Source: Nageia nagi
Lineage: Eukaryota; Plantae; Pinophyta
NCBI GenBank assembly: GCA_050084985.1
Contig: JBITNC010000001.1
Span: 113,274,001-113,338,000 of the forward strand
Direction: 5' to 3'
Length of the DNA stretch: 64,000 nucleotides
Positions 26,697-40,700 of this stretch are shown in pieces. A program made the position numbers and the translations under genes. The notes under the pieces are model-generated. The model searched no databases. It saw nothing but the letters and a program-made list of their open reading frames with translations, and was not told the DNA's origin. Positions within the stretch are counted from its first letter, which is position 1; each line of letters begins with the position of its first letter.

Positions 26697-27826
26697 ATAA
26701 GTTATCAAAATTTTAGAGATAAATTCTATGGATTTTCGAGTGCCAAAACCATGCAAGTCTATTTATAGAGCGCCCATGCCTTGATTGTCGATGTTTAGGA
26801 AGAGATCTCAAAGAGCATAATTAATTCTTGAGGATCTTGATATTGGTAGATAGAGAAGAGTGACTATTATGGAACCTATTGATGAAGAACAACTTGAGAA
26901 AATTTGTATCATATCGAATGCCAATTTTAAGAGGATATTTATTGTAATGGAGAATCATTTGGCTATATTGATTGAGCTCTTAGATGGAATTCATTCAAAT
27001 AATAGTCATCAGAGATAACATCATAATGGAAATGAAAGAGGAACTAATGGTACCCTTAATATGGTCCTACTTAGGTGCAACCTTACACACATAATTAGTC
27101 ATATTTTACCTTATTATCACATATTTCTTAGGTTGTGTTCTTATATTTTATGTTAGGTACATTGAGATGACTTCAACGAATATACAAGGGGTAAAATGGT
27201 GAATCATACTTGATATAAATGTAAGCCTCTTTAATCTAGGGAAGGCATGTCAAGATTACATCTCGATAGCTAGTGGCTTACTCTTGGGTGTTTTTAAACA
27301 TCACCTATTGAGATTGTAATCTTATTATCACTCTAGTGAATATCTGTTATCTATTTCTACAATCATATGCTTGATTTAACTTATCATTATCTTTACTATC
27401 ATTGATCCTTATTGGTGAATCTTATTCCTTAGGAACATTTGCATATGTGTTGATGTTCATGCCTATGTTGAGCTCTTAGAGATCCATGCCCATGTTGGTG
27501 TTTCTTTTATAGTTGGCCTTGGGGTTTGCACAACAATATCACCACTCTTTAATAAGTTCATCTATCATACCCTCAACATCGATATAGGTAAGGACACATA
27601 GGTATTTATCTTTAACTCGATTCCTTTCTCTTTAATACATGTAGTTGCATTTTATATCTTGAAATTAATATAATTTCATTATACTATTATTGTAATGTTG
27701 AATTCTCTTATTCATGTATGTTTATTTGAGTTAATTAGCTTAGGTAAATCATACAATAAATGTTTATGTGCTTTTAGTTCATTTAGAGTAAAATCTTAGA
27801 TGATACCAAAACACATATCAACATAC

Positions 27827-27837
27827 TGGCACCCATC
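27827..27837 (+). promoter_or_regulatory. Primer binding site, tRNA-Lys-like
   Basis: tggcacccatc, with a second copy tggtgctcacc at ~27934; their consensus TGGCGCCCACC matches the tRNA-Lys(CUU) complement (from memory). Confidence 0.65.
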
Positions 27838-28049
27838 TTCCTTTGCATGTTTTTTATTCTAAACTAGGGTCAAAATATAAAGTGCTCCCAATCTCACTCA
27901 TCTCTTTTCCTAGTTGGCACAAAATCAACATATTGGTGCTCACCTTTCATAGCATGTTCTCTCTCATAATTAGGGTTAGAATATGATGTGCTCTTGAACC
28001 TATAACTCTACTGTAATGTCGAACCTATTAAAGGTTTTGTTTACATATT

Positions 28050-29799
28050 ATATTCTTAAGATATTTTTTATTACTAGCAATGAAAATTTATATCTTAATA
28101 CTAACCCTATAACTAAAAAACTTAAAAAAGAAGAAGAATTGGTATACCTTAAGTGGTTCAAAGGGAAAGTGAAAGAATTTGTATCAAACACCATCTACCA
28201 ATGTATAAGGTAAGATAACTAAAGAAGCTACTCATAGTGCTCTAGATCAGGAAAGCTTTGCAGATAGCTTTGATAGTTTAGCCAAGATAGTAAATTAGAG
28301 GGTCAATTCAAATAATACAAGATATCAAACTCCTCCAAATCAACAACCTCCTATCAAAACCAAAGAGGAGATCATTTCCTAATTGAGTGATGATGAAATA
28401 TTCAAGAGGGTTATGAATTCCAAGGAGAATATTTTTGATGATGATACAAAGATTTTTGTTGAGGATGAATGTGAGCAAGATGATCCTATAAAATATGAAT
28501 AAATGAATAAGCTTCTAGTAGAGGTTGATACACCATGTCTAGATTGATCAGAGGAAGATAACAAGATCAAAATAAAATTTCTTTATTTAGTTGATGATCA
28601 AGATTTAGCAAACAAGAGTATCCTTGAAAAAGTAAAATACTACAAATGGTTTCTCTACAAAGTACAAAATGATTATACAAATAAAATAGGATTATTTTAG
28701 GTCAATAATAATTACTCAGTTCAATGTACTTGCACAGATGAATGAAAAATATTAGGAAGAAGAAACAAATAGAATTCTTCACTAGGATATGCAACCAATT
28801 CTTGGATGGACTTAAGAAGAAAATGACATCAAGTGTATGAAAATATTAAAATGTAATAGTGATAATATGATATTGATGTCTCATGCTAATAGATAATGGT
28901 TCATATAATCCACATTATATAACATCATATATGAAAGGGATGATAAAATAAGAGCTTTTAAAGTCTTCAGACCTAGACAACATCTAACAACCTTTGAAGA
29001 AGATCAACAATATAAACAAATAATGAAACATGAAAGAGAAGAAATTCTATTTGTCATACCACCTCCACCCATGGAGAATGTAGTGCTAATGATAAAATAG
29101 GATAGATTTGATGGAATACAACAACAAATCAAGATAATAATTAAGTGTAAAGGATTAGCTATCGAACGAAATGAGGATAACAATCTTTTATGCATGTGAA
29201 TCAAAAATACAACATTGTTCTCTTTCAAAGAACTTAAATTTATAAAGTTTGATGGTACTACTAATCCTTGTCTTCATGTATGCATTTTTTTGATGAAGTA
29301 TCTTTAACCACTTTGGATGAGGACTTACATGCCAAGTTATTTTCTTTGTCTCTAAAATGAGAAGCCTCATAATGTTCAACAAATTGCCACATGCTAACAT
29401 TACCAATTTTGCATAATTAAAGATTGTATTTTATGATCATTATCAACTTCATATTGCAAAGAAATTTACATTTAGTGATTTTCTGAAGCTAAAGCAAAGA
29501 GAATGATAGTCTATTGAAAAGTTTATTAGTCTATTGAAAAGTTTATCATATTCTAGACTAAAAAGGCTTATCAAGTTCACATAAATATTGAAATGAAGAT
29601 TATCACTTTCTTATAGGTACTTCAACCAAATTATGTACTAGAATATTTTGATTATCACAATTTACCTCTTGATGCATTCCTATAGGCATTGTTGGAAAAG
29701 GGATAATTCAATATCATATATGGTTATTGGAAACCTGATCAAAGTAAAAAAGGGATAAATCACCCTCACAGCCTCGACATCAGAACAAAAAGGAATAAT
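28050..29799 (+). pseudogene. gag: Degenerate gag, 5' part (continues ~46962-47450)
   Basis: KFIKFDGTTNP..H...F (~29236-29290), LP...ITNFA.L...F, then LKQRE...IEKF, typical of Retrotrans_gag. Confidence 0.7.
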
Positions 29800-30294
29800 C
29801 ATTAGACTAAAAATGGGCTTTGGGGTAAGCAATTTGAGGTGGTTTTCTTATGGCGGTTTTAAATCACCCTAATATTTTATTTTAATGGTGGTTTTTATTC
29901 ACCCTGAAAGAACTAGATGAGGAAGCTAAAAACTACCTCTTCATGAAACCAAAACATAAAAATAAAAATGGACACACGAGGGAATATTTTTGACATTCAA
30001 CATATTTTGAGCTAAGGGGTTAGGAGAGGGGCATTTGGTGTATTTGGCTAAACAAGAGAGGAGAGGGGAGACTAGATGAGAGGAGACATGGTGAGACCAA
30101 ATGATAGGAGACCTGGTGAGACTAGATGATGGGAAATATGTTTTCCTAGGAGGTGTAAGCAAGTATTTCAATCAATGACCTTACAAACTTATAGTATTCT
30201 TTTACATTTTGTATATATGTCCATGCTTTGTATTTTTTTGTATTCTTTCAGAAAATTAGTGAATTATACAAATATTGCAAAACATGAACATCAA

Positions 30295-30560
30295 ACTTGT
30301 CCTAGATGTTGTGTATTCTATCACATGTTTCATGTGTCTATGATTTGTTTTTAGAAAATGCATTTTGTGTATCACACAATCATTAGATATAGTGAAACTA
30401 TGTTTTGTTTATGCATGGTGTCAAATAAATCCTAGGTCTTGTTTTATTCTTCCACATGTTTCATGTGTCTATGGGCCTTTTTTATAAAATCCATTTTGTG
30501 TATCATACAATCATTATAGATTATGAAACTTTGTTTGTGTTATGCATCTTATCAAACAAA
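30295..30560 (-). pseudogene. Two tandem ~134 bp rearranged PPR fragments
   Basis: Minus-strand remnants of LFD.MH..N.VS...MI..YTQNGF..KA joined to .IDT...CGRI.K; the unit is repeated. Confidence 0.65.
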
Positions 30561-30567
30561 ACCAAAA

Positions 30568-31030
30568 CATTCAATTTACAAGAACCAAGTTGATGCATCC
30601 ACACACCCAATTAAAGGTTTATGGGTATTTTGATAATGAAGTTCAAATCTCCCATAGCCTGCATAAACTACAATATTCAATCTATGAGCACCAAGTAGAC
30701 ATATATGCACATCCAATTCATGGTTTATGGGTATTTTGGAAATGAAGTTAAAATCTTCCTCAAGATAGCCTTCTCAAATCATAACATTTCATTTTCAAGC
30801 ACCAAGTAGACACATGCACACACCCAATTTAGGGTTTATGGGTATTTTGGAAATGAAGTTCAAATCTCCCTTAAGATAGTCTGCATGGATCATAACACTC
30901 AATTTACAAGTACCAATTAGACACATGCACACATCCAATTCAAGGTTTATGGGTATTCTAGTAATGAAGTTCAAAGCTCCCTCAAGATAGCTTGCATGAC
31001 CAAGAAGGTCAACATCACATATATAATGAT
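30568..31030 (-). repeat. Four tandem 106-112 bp copies of a PPR S2/E1-junction segment
   Basis: ORF 30795-31130: HYICDVDLLGHASYLEGALNFITRIPINLELDVCMCLIGTCK...YLKGDLNFISKIPINPKLGVCMCLLGA. Units start at ~30570, 30676, 30788 and 30898. Confidence 0.88.
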
Positions 31031-31284
31031 TAATACTATGATTATAGGATATGCATAAAAAAAAAAGACTTGTAGATACTTTTAAGCAGATACAATTGTC
31101 AAGTGTAAAACTAGCTACATGATGAAACACTATACTTTAATAAAGTGTTAAAAAGTAGTCCAAAAGTGGTAATTTGGCAAAAATAAGCTTATAATACTTA
31201 ACAACTATTCAACCCAAAAATTTAAATGCTATGTTGTCTACCTCCACAATAAGTATAATAAGATATAAAGGTTGGATGTCTCTC

Positions 31285-31520
31285 CCCCATGAAACTGTGT
31301 ATGCTTCATGCATCTTGTTAAATAATTATTAGGCCTTATGTATTCTTCCACATTTTGATATATACCTATCAGTGCATTCAGAACCACAACATTTGATGGA
31401 AACCCATTTTCAACTATTCTTTGACAAATGTCCATACCTTCTTCTAGAGCTCCCATAGTGGCATATGTTGGAAGAATGATACATCCCAAGAATAATTCAA
31501 TAAGATTCACTCATGCTATT
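31285..31520 (-). pseudogene. PLS-class PPR fragment (L-S motifs)
   Basis: ILPTYATMGALEEGMDICQRIVENGFPSNVVVLNALIGIY, then after a frameshift KCGRIHKA..LFNKMHEA.TVSW. Confidence 0.9.
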
Positions 31521-32339
31521 AAAGTATTTTTAGCCCTCATCCACTATACTTAGATGGTTGTATGCAAGTATAACACATACACATATTTATATATGTAAAC
31601 AAAACATATATAAAGATTTATCATGGTAGTTTTGTTCTTTACTAAGAGCCTTTTTTATTTTTCACAAAAATGTTCTTAGTAAAGTAAAAAATATAGCCTA
31701 TAAGACCTTATTGAAATATATTACCACTGTACTTGCATCATGCATCTTGTTAAACAATTCTTGGACATTGTGTTTTTTTTCCAACTTATCACTTTGGATT
31801 GGTTTTTAACACTTGGAAAATTTCTTGGTTGAACAATTACTTTCCTTCTCCAAGTCAATTTTTGGATCCTATGGTACTATATTTAAATAATTTCATATCA
31901 CATCATGAATCTTGTCTATCCATGTATTCAAAACCATAAGATTCAATTTACAAAGCACCATGTAGACACATCACATACCCAATTTAGGGTTTATGGGTAT
32001 TTTGACACCTAATATTAATCATAGTAAGTTCAATTATGATGTTGATGATGGATTCCTGAACAATGAACCAATGGAACACATACACATGTCTATATATACA
32101 AGTAGAATAGATACAAAGGTTTCTCATGCTATTAATTTTTTGTTCTTTATAGGATATATTCTAGGATTTGCTAAAAACCCTTTTCTATTTCTCATTCCAA
32201 GAATTAGAAATAGAGAAGGGATTTTATAAAGCACATAATATATGTTGGCCATGGGCTCCTAAAATATGGTCCACTGGAGCTGACCAATCATCGTTATATA
32301 TATTATATAATATATGCAAATGATGAAAGATAAAGGCAT

Positions 32340-32520
32340 GTTCATGATCAAATGCACCATATGATATAAAATGATCCAAATGCACTATATGTTCATGATC
32401 AAGTGCACCAAATGATCCAAATGCACCAACATATGATATGAAATGATCATATTACACCATTTGGTATGAAATGATGCTACTATACCATATGATATGAAAT
32501 GATGCTACTGTACCATATTA
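32340..32520. repeat. ~27 bp degenerate tandem repeat inside the CACTA element
   Basis: Unit about atatgatatgaaatgatccaaatgcacc, roughly 6-7 copies; more copies in both orientations elsewhere in the element. Confidence 0.8.
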
Positions 32521-33569
32521 TTCAAATATGCTCTACTATTCCAATTATTTCTTAAATGAGTTAAATATGATCTACAATACTGCTATCACAACATTCAATT
32601 TAGAAGTATCAAGTAGATACATACATACACCTAAGAAGCACTTATTGAAAAATTGAATTGTAACATATAGATTGATAGGCATGTATGCAAAATATGGAAG
32701 ATATGATGTAGACATAGTTTGATGGACTGTAATGTGGAATATGTATTATGTAGATACAATTTCATATTTTATATCAAAAATTAATTGTATAAAGGTTCTA
32801 ATACAAGCTAGGAAATGAAGTAACCCAAAACATGTTCCATTATTTTCATCTCATCATTCTGTATATACAACACCAAATCCACTTGGGAACCACATATTTT
32901 TGCCAACTTGCCATTTTTGGATTATTTATATCATTTGTAGTTGGCTAAGTATTATAGTTCAGGAAATGAAGGAGCCCATAATATGTTTCATTAGTTTTGG
33001 GTGCTTGAAATATTTTTCATGATTTCAAGTTTTTCAAGTTGAGGGGTTAGAGAAGAGAGTTGCATTTAGATTATTTTATACCATACATATAGTGCACTTA
33101 ATATAATTTCATATCTTATGGTGTACTTAGATCATTTCATATCATATATATGGTGCACTTGACACATTTTCATATCTTTTTTGTCCATATATTGTGATCA
33201 TTATTGGAGGAGAAAGGGGCATTTGTTGTATTAGCAAGACTAGAGAGATGAGGTAAGACCATACATGAGGAGATGTGTTGAGACCAAAGGAGACACAAAA
33301 TAAAGTATTTTGCTTCATCTATGCATTTTTCTATAGAAAAAAATCATTTCATGTCATTATCATATAGTTGCAATTGCCTTTTCATATTGCAATCTCTACA
33401 ATTTTAAGCATTTAGCTTGGTTATGTTGTAACATTATGAACAATGCCAAGGCATAACAGTGATATATCATTTGAGAGATTGCAAATGTAGCTATCCCTAA
33501 TTTTTTTAATTCATGATATTTTGTATAGGTTATGCAAGAGGAAAGACATACAACCTTTATATCTTTTTG

Positions 33570-35647
33570 TGTTATGACCCCATAACATGTATTAGGAATA
33601 GTACTTGTGTTTAGTCCCATATACACTATGCATTGGGTTACTTATGTTGTAAAAGCTATTTATAGGGGGCTTACCTATTATTAAAAGGAAGAATAATTAG
33701 TTGAGTTTTATTTGAGAAGTGATTCTTAAGGAGGTGCCCCCATTGAAGCGGTGTAAGCAATCCATTAGTGTATAATTTGTGTATTTTCATAAGATTAAGT
33801 CATAATTTGATTATAATCCATTAGGATCTTAACATCAGGTTTCAGAGCCACATTTTTGTCTCTTGTGGGTAGTTTATGTGCTTAGTGGTTTTGGATTTTT
33901 GAGTGGTGGGGGATTAACAATTATTAAAAGGAAGAAGAATTAGTTGAGTTTTTTGAGAAGTGATTCTTAAGGAGGTGCCCCCCTTGAAGCAATGTAGCAA
34001 TCCATTAGTGTATAATTTGTGTATTTTCATAAGATTAAGTCATAATTCGATTATAATCCATTAGGATCTTAACATCAGGTTTCAAAGCCCCATTTTTTTC
34101 TCTTGTGGGTAGTTTTATGTGCTTAGTGGTTTTGGATTTTTGAGTGGTTTTGGTTGTATGGGTAGATTTGTGTAGTGTAGGCCCATCTTATCTTTTTGGT
34201 TGATTTATGGGAGATCTAGAGTAGAAGACTGTGAGTGAAAATAGATTCTAGAAGAGAATGAATGTGTAGTAGTTTTGTTGGTAGGAGATGTCTTGAGAGG
34301 ATTCAAGGCTATGCATGGGAATTTGGAAGCATATCTCATAAAGTAAGTGGTAAGGGAGGCTAGATCTAGTTTATGCGATGAAGGAGTAAGGTCATTGAAG
34401 AAAAGTGGTGGTGGTGTAGGAGCGATAGGGAGGAAAAAAACCCAACAACTACATGTTTGGTTGTCAAGATAGAAAGGGGAAAGATCTAATTTTTGCAAGC
34501 TTAAACAAGGGCTTATGAGTATTTGGGGTTTTCTACTATTAGGGATAAATTACATGTTAGAGGGTTTAATTAGAGATTGGAAGGCTTAGAGCTTCAATAT
34601 CATTTTTTCAGTTTATGGAGTCTCATATTTAATTTTTACAAGGATATGTGTTTCATATTTATGCTTTTGGGGATTCCTTATTAGTCTAAAGGGTTTCATA
34701 TGACCAATATTTTTGCATTTTCTCATAAATATCTTTCCAATGGTGTATCACTAGCATTAATCAGAGAACTATAAAAAAAGTTATAGCATTTGGAATGTTT
34801 CTTGATATTGCACCATTTTTGCAATTTGTTTCAATTTCTTTTAAAGTGGTCCTTTTATAGGTTATGAACAAGACCTATTGGACACTCTAAATTAGGATAT
34901 TTATATTAGTTAAAAAAATTTATAATGATGAATACTATTACTACAACATTTCATACTAATTTTGTGCATCATTATATTGATGATTTTGAGGATTTTTGTA
35001 ATGACTATGTGATGGATGAGAAATTAGCCCTTCATTTATTCACTAATGGCTTAAGAGAAGAAGTAAAAAAGAATGTAGTCATTTTTAATCCACCAACTCT
35101 AAGAGATGAATATTAATTGGCTAAGTTAGCAAAGTATATACTTGCATATCCATAGCCTATTATAATTCATGAAAATATCCATGTGGAGCCAGTGGACCCT
35201 ATTATAGAGTGTGAGGACCTTCCTTTCACTTGTATCAATGTGGATGATGTGGCACCAATGGAACCTATTGTAGAGTGTGAGGACATTCCTCTCACTTATC
35301 TTAATACAGATGGTGTAGAGCTAGTGGACCCTATTAAGGAGTATGAGGTCCTTCCTCCACCTTGTATCGATACTAATGATGTGGCTTCTAAGAGTTTGAC
35401 ATGTATTAGGAATAGTACTCATGTTTAGTCCCATATACACTATACATTATGTTACTTATGTTCTAAAAACTATTTATAGGGGATTCCCTATTATTAAAAG
35501 GAAGAAGAATGAGTTGAGTTTTATGTGAGAAGTGATTCTCAAGGAGGTTCCCTCTTCCAAGTAGCATAAGTGATCCATTAGTGTAGAATTAGTGTATTTT
35601 CATAGGATTAAGTAATAATTTGATTATGATCAATTAGGATCTTAACA
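33570..35647 (+). mobile_element. Small internally deleted Met-primed LTR element
   Basis: 5' LTR 33570-33834 (TGTTA...TAACA); 3' LTR ~35399-35647 lacking its start; perfect TSD TTTTG; PBS aggtttcagagcc ~33837; gag-like remnant 34925-35116 (FTNGLREEVK...NPPTL). Confidence 0.88.
35180..35385 (+). repeat. Three ~66 bp in-frame repeats
   Basis: VEPVDPIIECEDLPFTCINVDD-like unit repeated in ORF 35183-35428. Confidence 0.8.
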
Positions 35648-35889
35648 TTTTGTGCTTATTATAGAGGTAAGCAAAGTAGCATATCATATATGATAATGTA
35701 GATAGAATTGTTAATAAAAAACATCTATTAATAATTTTATCTGTATCAGTATCATTCTTATCATAGTAGTTTTTCATAAGTCAATGCTTATAATTATGTC
35801 ATTATTATTTATAAATTGCAAGTGCAAAGAGAGCACCAAGTATGTCATTTCTCATGACTCAAAATGCTTAGTAACTTGTCAAGTACTCG

Positions 35890-36750
35890 ATGAATCATTA
35901 TACATGCAGTGTTGATCTTTGTGGCCATATAGGCTATCTTGAAGAAGTTTTGAACATTATAGATAGTGCGTTTGGTTCATTTTATGTCATATGTTGTACT
36001 TAGATAAGAAACATAGCATTTAGATTTCTTGTTATAATTATTGTGGAGGTAAGCAACATTGCATTTAAATTTCTAGGTTGAATAATTGCTAAGTATTACA
36101 AGCATGTTTTTGCCAACTTACCATTTTTGGATTGGTTTTGATACTTTCTTAAAATATAGTGTTTCATTATGGGTTTAAAATGATAATAATCAATCATCAT
36201 ATTAAATATTTTAATTAGGGAATCTTTATTTTAGCTATGAATTGCATATCTTGCAATCATTGTTTCCATTAAATTATATGGGAACTTAGGTAGTATGTTG
36301 CTTTCCTTCTCCAAGCTAGTTTTATACCTAATAATTGCATCTGATTAAAATTCTCTACAACCTTTCATTTTGGGCATATCCTAAAATTGTAAAGTTAATC
36401 ATTATACATGCATTATTGAACTTCTTTTGCGTATAGACTATCATAAGGAATCTTTGAACTTCACCTTCTACAATGATTTTATGATGCACACAAAATGGGT
36501 GTTCTAAGAATTAAAGGCCCATATACATATGAAATAATTCTCAAGAATTGTGTTTTGTTTGATATTTTGCATACATGTCTATCAGGTCAGTCACAAGCAC
36601 AAGATGCATGATGAAAATATAGTTTCATGGTCTACAATCATTGTAAGATTCCTAGGCTTTCTAAAAGAATGTAGAAAAATTCAAAGCACCAATTGCCCCT
36701 AAGTACCAGAATGCCCATAAACCTTAAATTGGGTGTGTGGATGCATCAAA
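35890..36750 (+). pseudogene. Scattered plus-strand PPR fragments within the CACTA cargo
   Basis: NHYTCSVDLCGHIGYLEEVLN (~35894), NHYTCIIELL...YHKESLNF (~36398), KMHDENIVSWSTII (~36601), MPINLKLGVWM (~36712). Confidence 0.8.
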
Positions 36751-37799
36751 ACCTTTTTATAAATAAATTTTGACATGTAATATGGAATGATTTAAATACA
36801 CTATATAATGTAATATGAAATGATTTAAATACACCAAATGCTCCTTTCCTCTTCAACCCCTCAACTTGAAAAACTCAAAATGACAAAAATAATTCTCAAG
36901 CCTTGTTTATTGTTTCACATTTTGTATACATGAAACAATTCTCAAGCCTTCTTTATTGTTTCACATTTTGTATACATGTGATATGAAATGATTTAAGTAC
37001 ACCATATGATCCAAAAATTAGCTCAAAGAAGGAAATAAATTATTCTGTAGATTCTTAAAAATGAATTATTATTCATTAAATAATTCATTTTAAACCATCA
37101 AAGAATATTTATTGTAAATAGGGTTAAAGTATACCCCAAGGCAATATAATCAATGTAATGGACCATAGTATAATGTAAAGGGTGTCAAATATCAAGAAAG
37201 ATACCACAAATAATGTAATATGCAATGATCCCAAGAATCAAAGAGGATTAAGATGTTGCTATAAAAGAATATCAAAGGCAACAAAATCTATCATTTGAGG
37301 AGGATCGATAGATATCAAAGAGAGAAACCAATAACATGCAATATAATTCCATCTGACCAACAATAGTATTTTGTAACACCACCTTTGCATAGATCTAGTA
37401 AACCCTCCATTTCACTTGTTCACATCTTTGCTTCTATTTGTAGATCTATGTCTTCCATGTAGCTAACGATTTGCTTCTTGGCCATTGGTGGCATGTGTTT
37501 CCTATGGTGTATTATGGTGATGGATGTGTGATCTTTATTACTTTATGTTGATATGAATACAATGAAGGTACATTGATTATCATATTCATTTGATGCCATA
37601 TTTCTGATATATGCTTAAATATTACATTGTATATGAATAGTGCTTTGTTTATCACTTGTGCATTATTTTTGGTCTACATTTTGGTGAACTTGATTATTTC
37701 AATTAATCTTTCTCTACTGATAAGATCTCATAAGATTTTTGTAAAGGATATACACCATTAGTGGCATGCATTGACTCTTTCTACTTTGTAAGTAGTGTA

Positions 37800-40700
37800 A
37801 ACATGGAAGAAACTTTGGCAAAGATGGCATGGTTGGAAAAATAATTGGAAGCTCTATGTAATACAATGGCCTTAATACAAAACTCTAGCAATAGTTTGCA
37901 ATCAGTTTTAGGTCTAGCACTAGCTGCAAGGTTAACCAATATTGAGAATAACAATAGATTTTATAAAAAATAAGACTATGATGGGGTATTCACCTCACCT
38001 TTATCAGATGATATCCACAATTATCCCCTACCACTCGAGCATAAGGATCCCAAGTTTGAGATGTTTAGTGGCAAACAAGACCCAAAGCAACATCTTATCA
38101 ACTTTTAGGAGGAGTGTTTGTTGATATTGGGATTGGAGGAGGGATTGATGGCCAAATTTTTTTCAAGAAGTTTAAAAGGTAATGCTAGTCAATGGCTCTA
38201 TAATTTGCTAAGGGAATCAATAGGTAAAAGTGTTCATGGATCAAAACAAGCATAATGTTAAAGAGAAAGGAACTATTACAAAGTTTTGTGCAATGCACTA
38301 AGAAAACAATAAAACCCTAGAGAAATATATTTCAAGGTTTAAAAAGGTATGGTAATCTATTCATAGTAAATTGGATGAAATTGAAATTTATGGTATAGTT
38401 AGAGATTCTATTTTTCCAATCATTAACTTGCATGCTTCAAGTAATATAAATATTGAATTTGGGGTATTAGTACATGAATTGTTGCAAAAAGAGAAAGTTT
38501 TTCTTGATTTAGGAGATCTCAAGTATACATATACTCTTTACACTAAGGATAATCATAGGAAATATATAACGAAAGAGGAAAAGACAATGAATATGGATGA
38601 TACACCTAACTCTCCACCTTAATTGATAAGATCAACTACAACAAGAGAAAGAAGGTATACATTTCCAATCCAACCAAGGTTTATGATGAGAGATCTAATA
38701 TAAAGAGGTTTATTATATCCATTAGAGAAAATAAAACAACATGATAATATTCCTACTGAAAAATTTGATGCTTATTGTACTTATCGTCAAAGAAAAGTTC
38801 ATGCTACAAATTTTTGTAAAGCATTGGAGGAAGCAATTTTGGATCTTATTACTTAAGGGAGATATGAGATTGATCAAAAAGATTTATATCAATAGGTAAT
38901 AGTGAACATAGTCTCAATTGATAAAGAAGTTTTTGCTAGATTATAAAAGAGGCATCCAATACATATTCCAAGTTCGGTTACTATTGAACAAGTGTGTGTC
39001 CCACCTGATCCAAAAAATTATAGCATGATTGAGCAATTGAAGACTACTCTTGATAAAATTAGTTAGTATAATCTCATATTTACATTTGAAACACATAGGA
39101 AAATACTATATGATTTGTTCAAAAAAGAAACAATCCCTATAAATATGTTTGTGACCATGTTTTCAAAAAAACTTAGATCTATTAAGGATTATGATGCAAT
39201 CTCTTTTTATAGATATTAAAAACTTAGTAAAGAACTCCTTGCTAAATGTATAACTTTATATATCACACCTATGATAGATGGATGGGATATAAAAAAACCA
39301 TTGGTGATAATGACTCAAATGTTAATGTTTGTTCTCATAAATTTTTGATACAACTTCAAGAACAAGGTATAGAAATACCTACCTTAGAAGAAGCTACTTT
39401 TAGAATTAGGGAATATAATAGTTCATCTAAAAAGCTAGTTGGGATAGCTACAATTTTGATTACAATAGGAGCTAGAATAGTTATAACTTAGTTTTAGGTT
39501 ATGGATTCAAAATGATCATATAACCTATTGTTAAGAAGACCTTGGATTCATGACATGGATGTAGTCCCATATACAATACATAGTAGATTAAAATTTGAAT
39601 ATCAAGGTGAGGTACATACAATAATTGGTGATCTAGAACCATATGCCTTATGTAATTCAACTGAATTTAAAGAATTCATAATGATCTTTCCTAGATATAT
39701 ATAGGATTATACCTTTGGAAATAGGTGCATTAATGGTCAATGCAAAATAATAGCCTCATATTGTAGAAATAGGTGTGGGAACATACAAAATTAAAAATCT
39801 TGATCTATTCACATCCTTTAAATATTTGGTACAACCAAAAATTCTAAGTCTTGAAGGTTTTTAGTGGTGTGCCATACTTCTTTAAGGCTACCAATGACAT
39901 GGAAATAGTGAAGACGATGGGGGATCTTCCTCTATAGCAACACTATCACTTAATCCAAAGACATCCACAAAGGATCACATGATAAATGTAATGGGTAAAA
40001 CCTTTCCATCTCCTTGTGTTCACAAGTACATGATAGAAAATTACAAATATAAAGAAGGTGTATTGGGTAAATTAGAATAAGGAATGTCTTCTTTTCCTAC
40101 TACTTTAGAAGCTCAAAAAAATAAGAATCGATTGGGTAGTGATTATAATATAAAACAAATAATGAGACCTATAAAGTTTATAAAAGAATGTAATTTGATT
40201 GAACTTTCTGAAGATATTGATGAAGATTTATAGCTTGATTATATTAGTATACCACTTAAGTTTTATTGCTTCAATACTAATGATATTTTAAAATAGTTGG
40301 GGGCACATTTAGAATTGCCTAAGTCCAATCAAATATGAAAAAAAAGCTATATTCTTAATGAGTATGCATATTTTGTACAAGAAGTGAATTTAAATGAAGT
40401 GTTTCAAGTCCAACAGGGAGATGATGATACAAGTGATATAGAAGGATTAGAAGAGCTACCTTCATTATTGCAAAAAAAGGATGAATTAACATTCTCAAAA
40501 GAAAAGATAATAGATGTCAATATTGGGACAAGTGATGAGCAAAGGTTGGTCAAATTTGGAGCAACCCTTCCTACACCTCAATAAGAAAGGTACTAAAATA
40601 AATTTATTGAAAATAAAAATAATTTTGCTTGGTCTTATGCTGATATGCTTGGTTTAGATCTTTCTTTTGTTATGCATAATTTAACACTTAAAAATGGAGC

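Noticed and set aside
32340-32520. CRISPR-like array
   Set aside because: Eukaryotic context, degenerate head-to-tail units, no unique spacers, no cas genes.
33396-33626. Possible non-PPR captured gene fragment
   Set aside because: No motif recognised, and the ORF start lies within an LTR.
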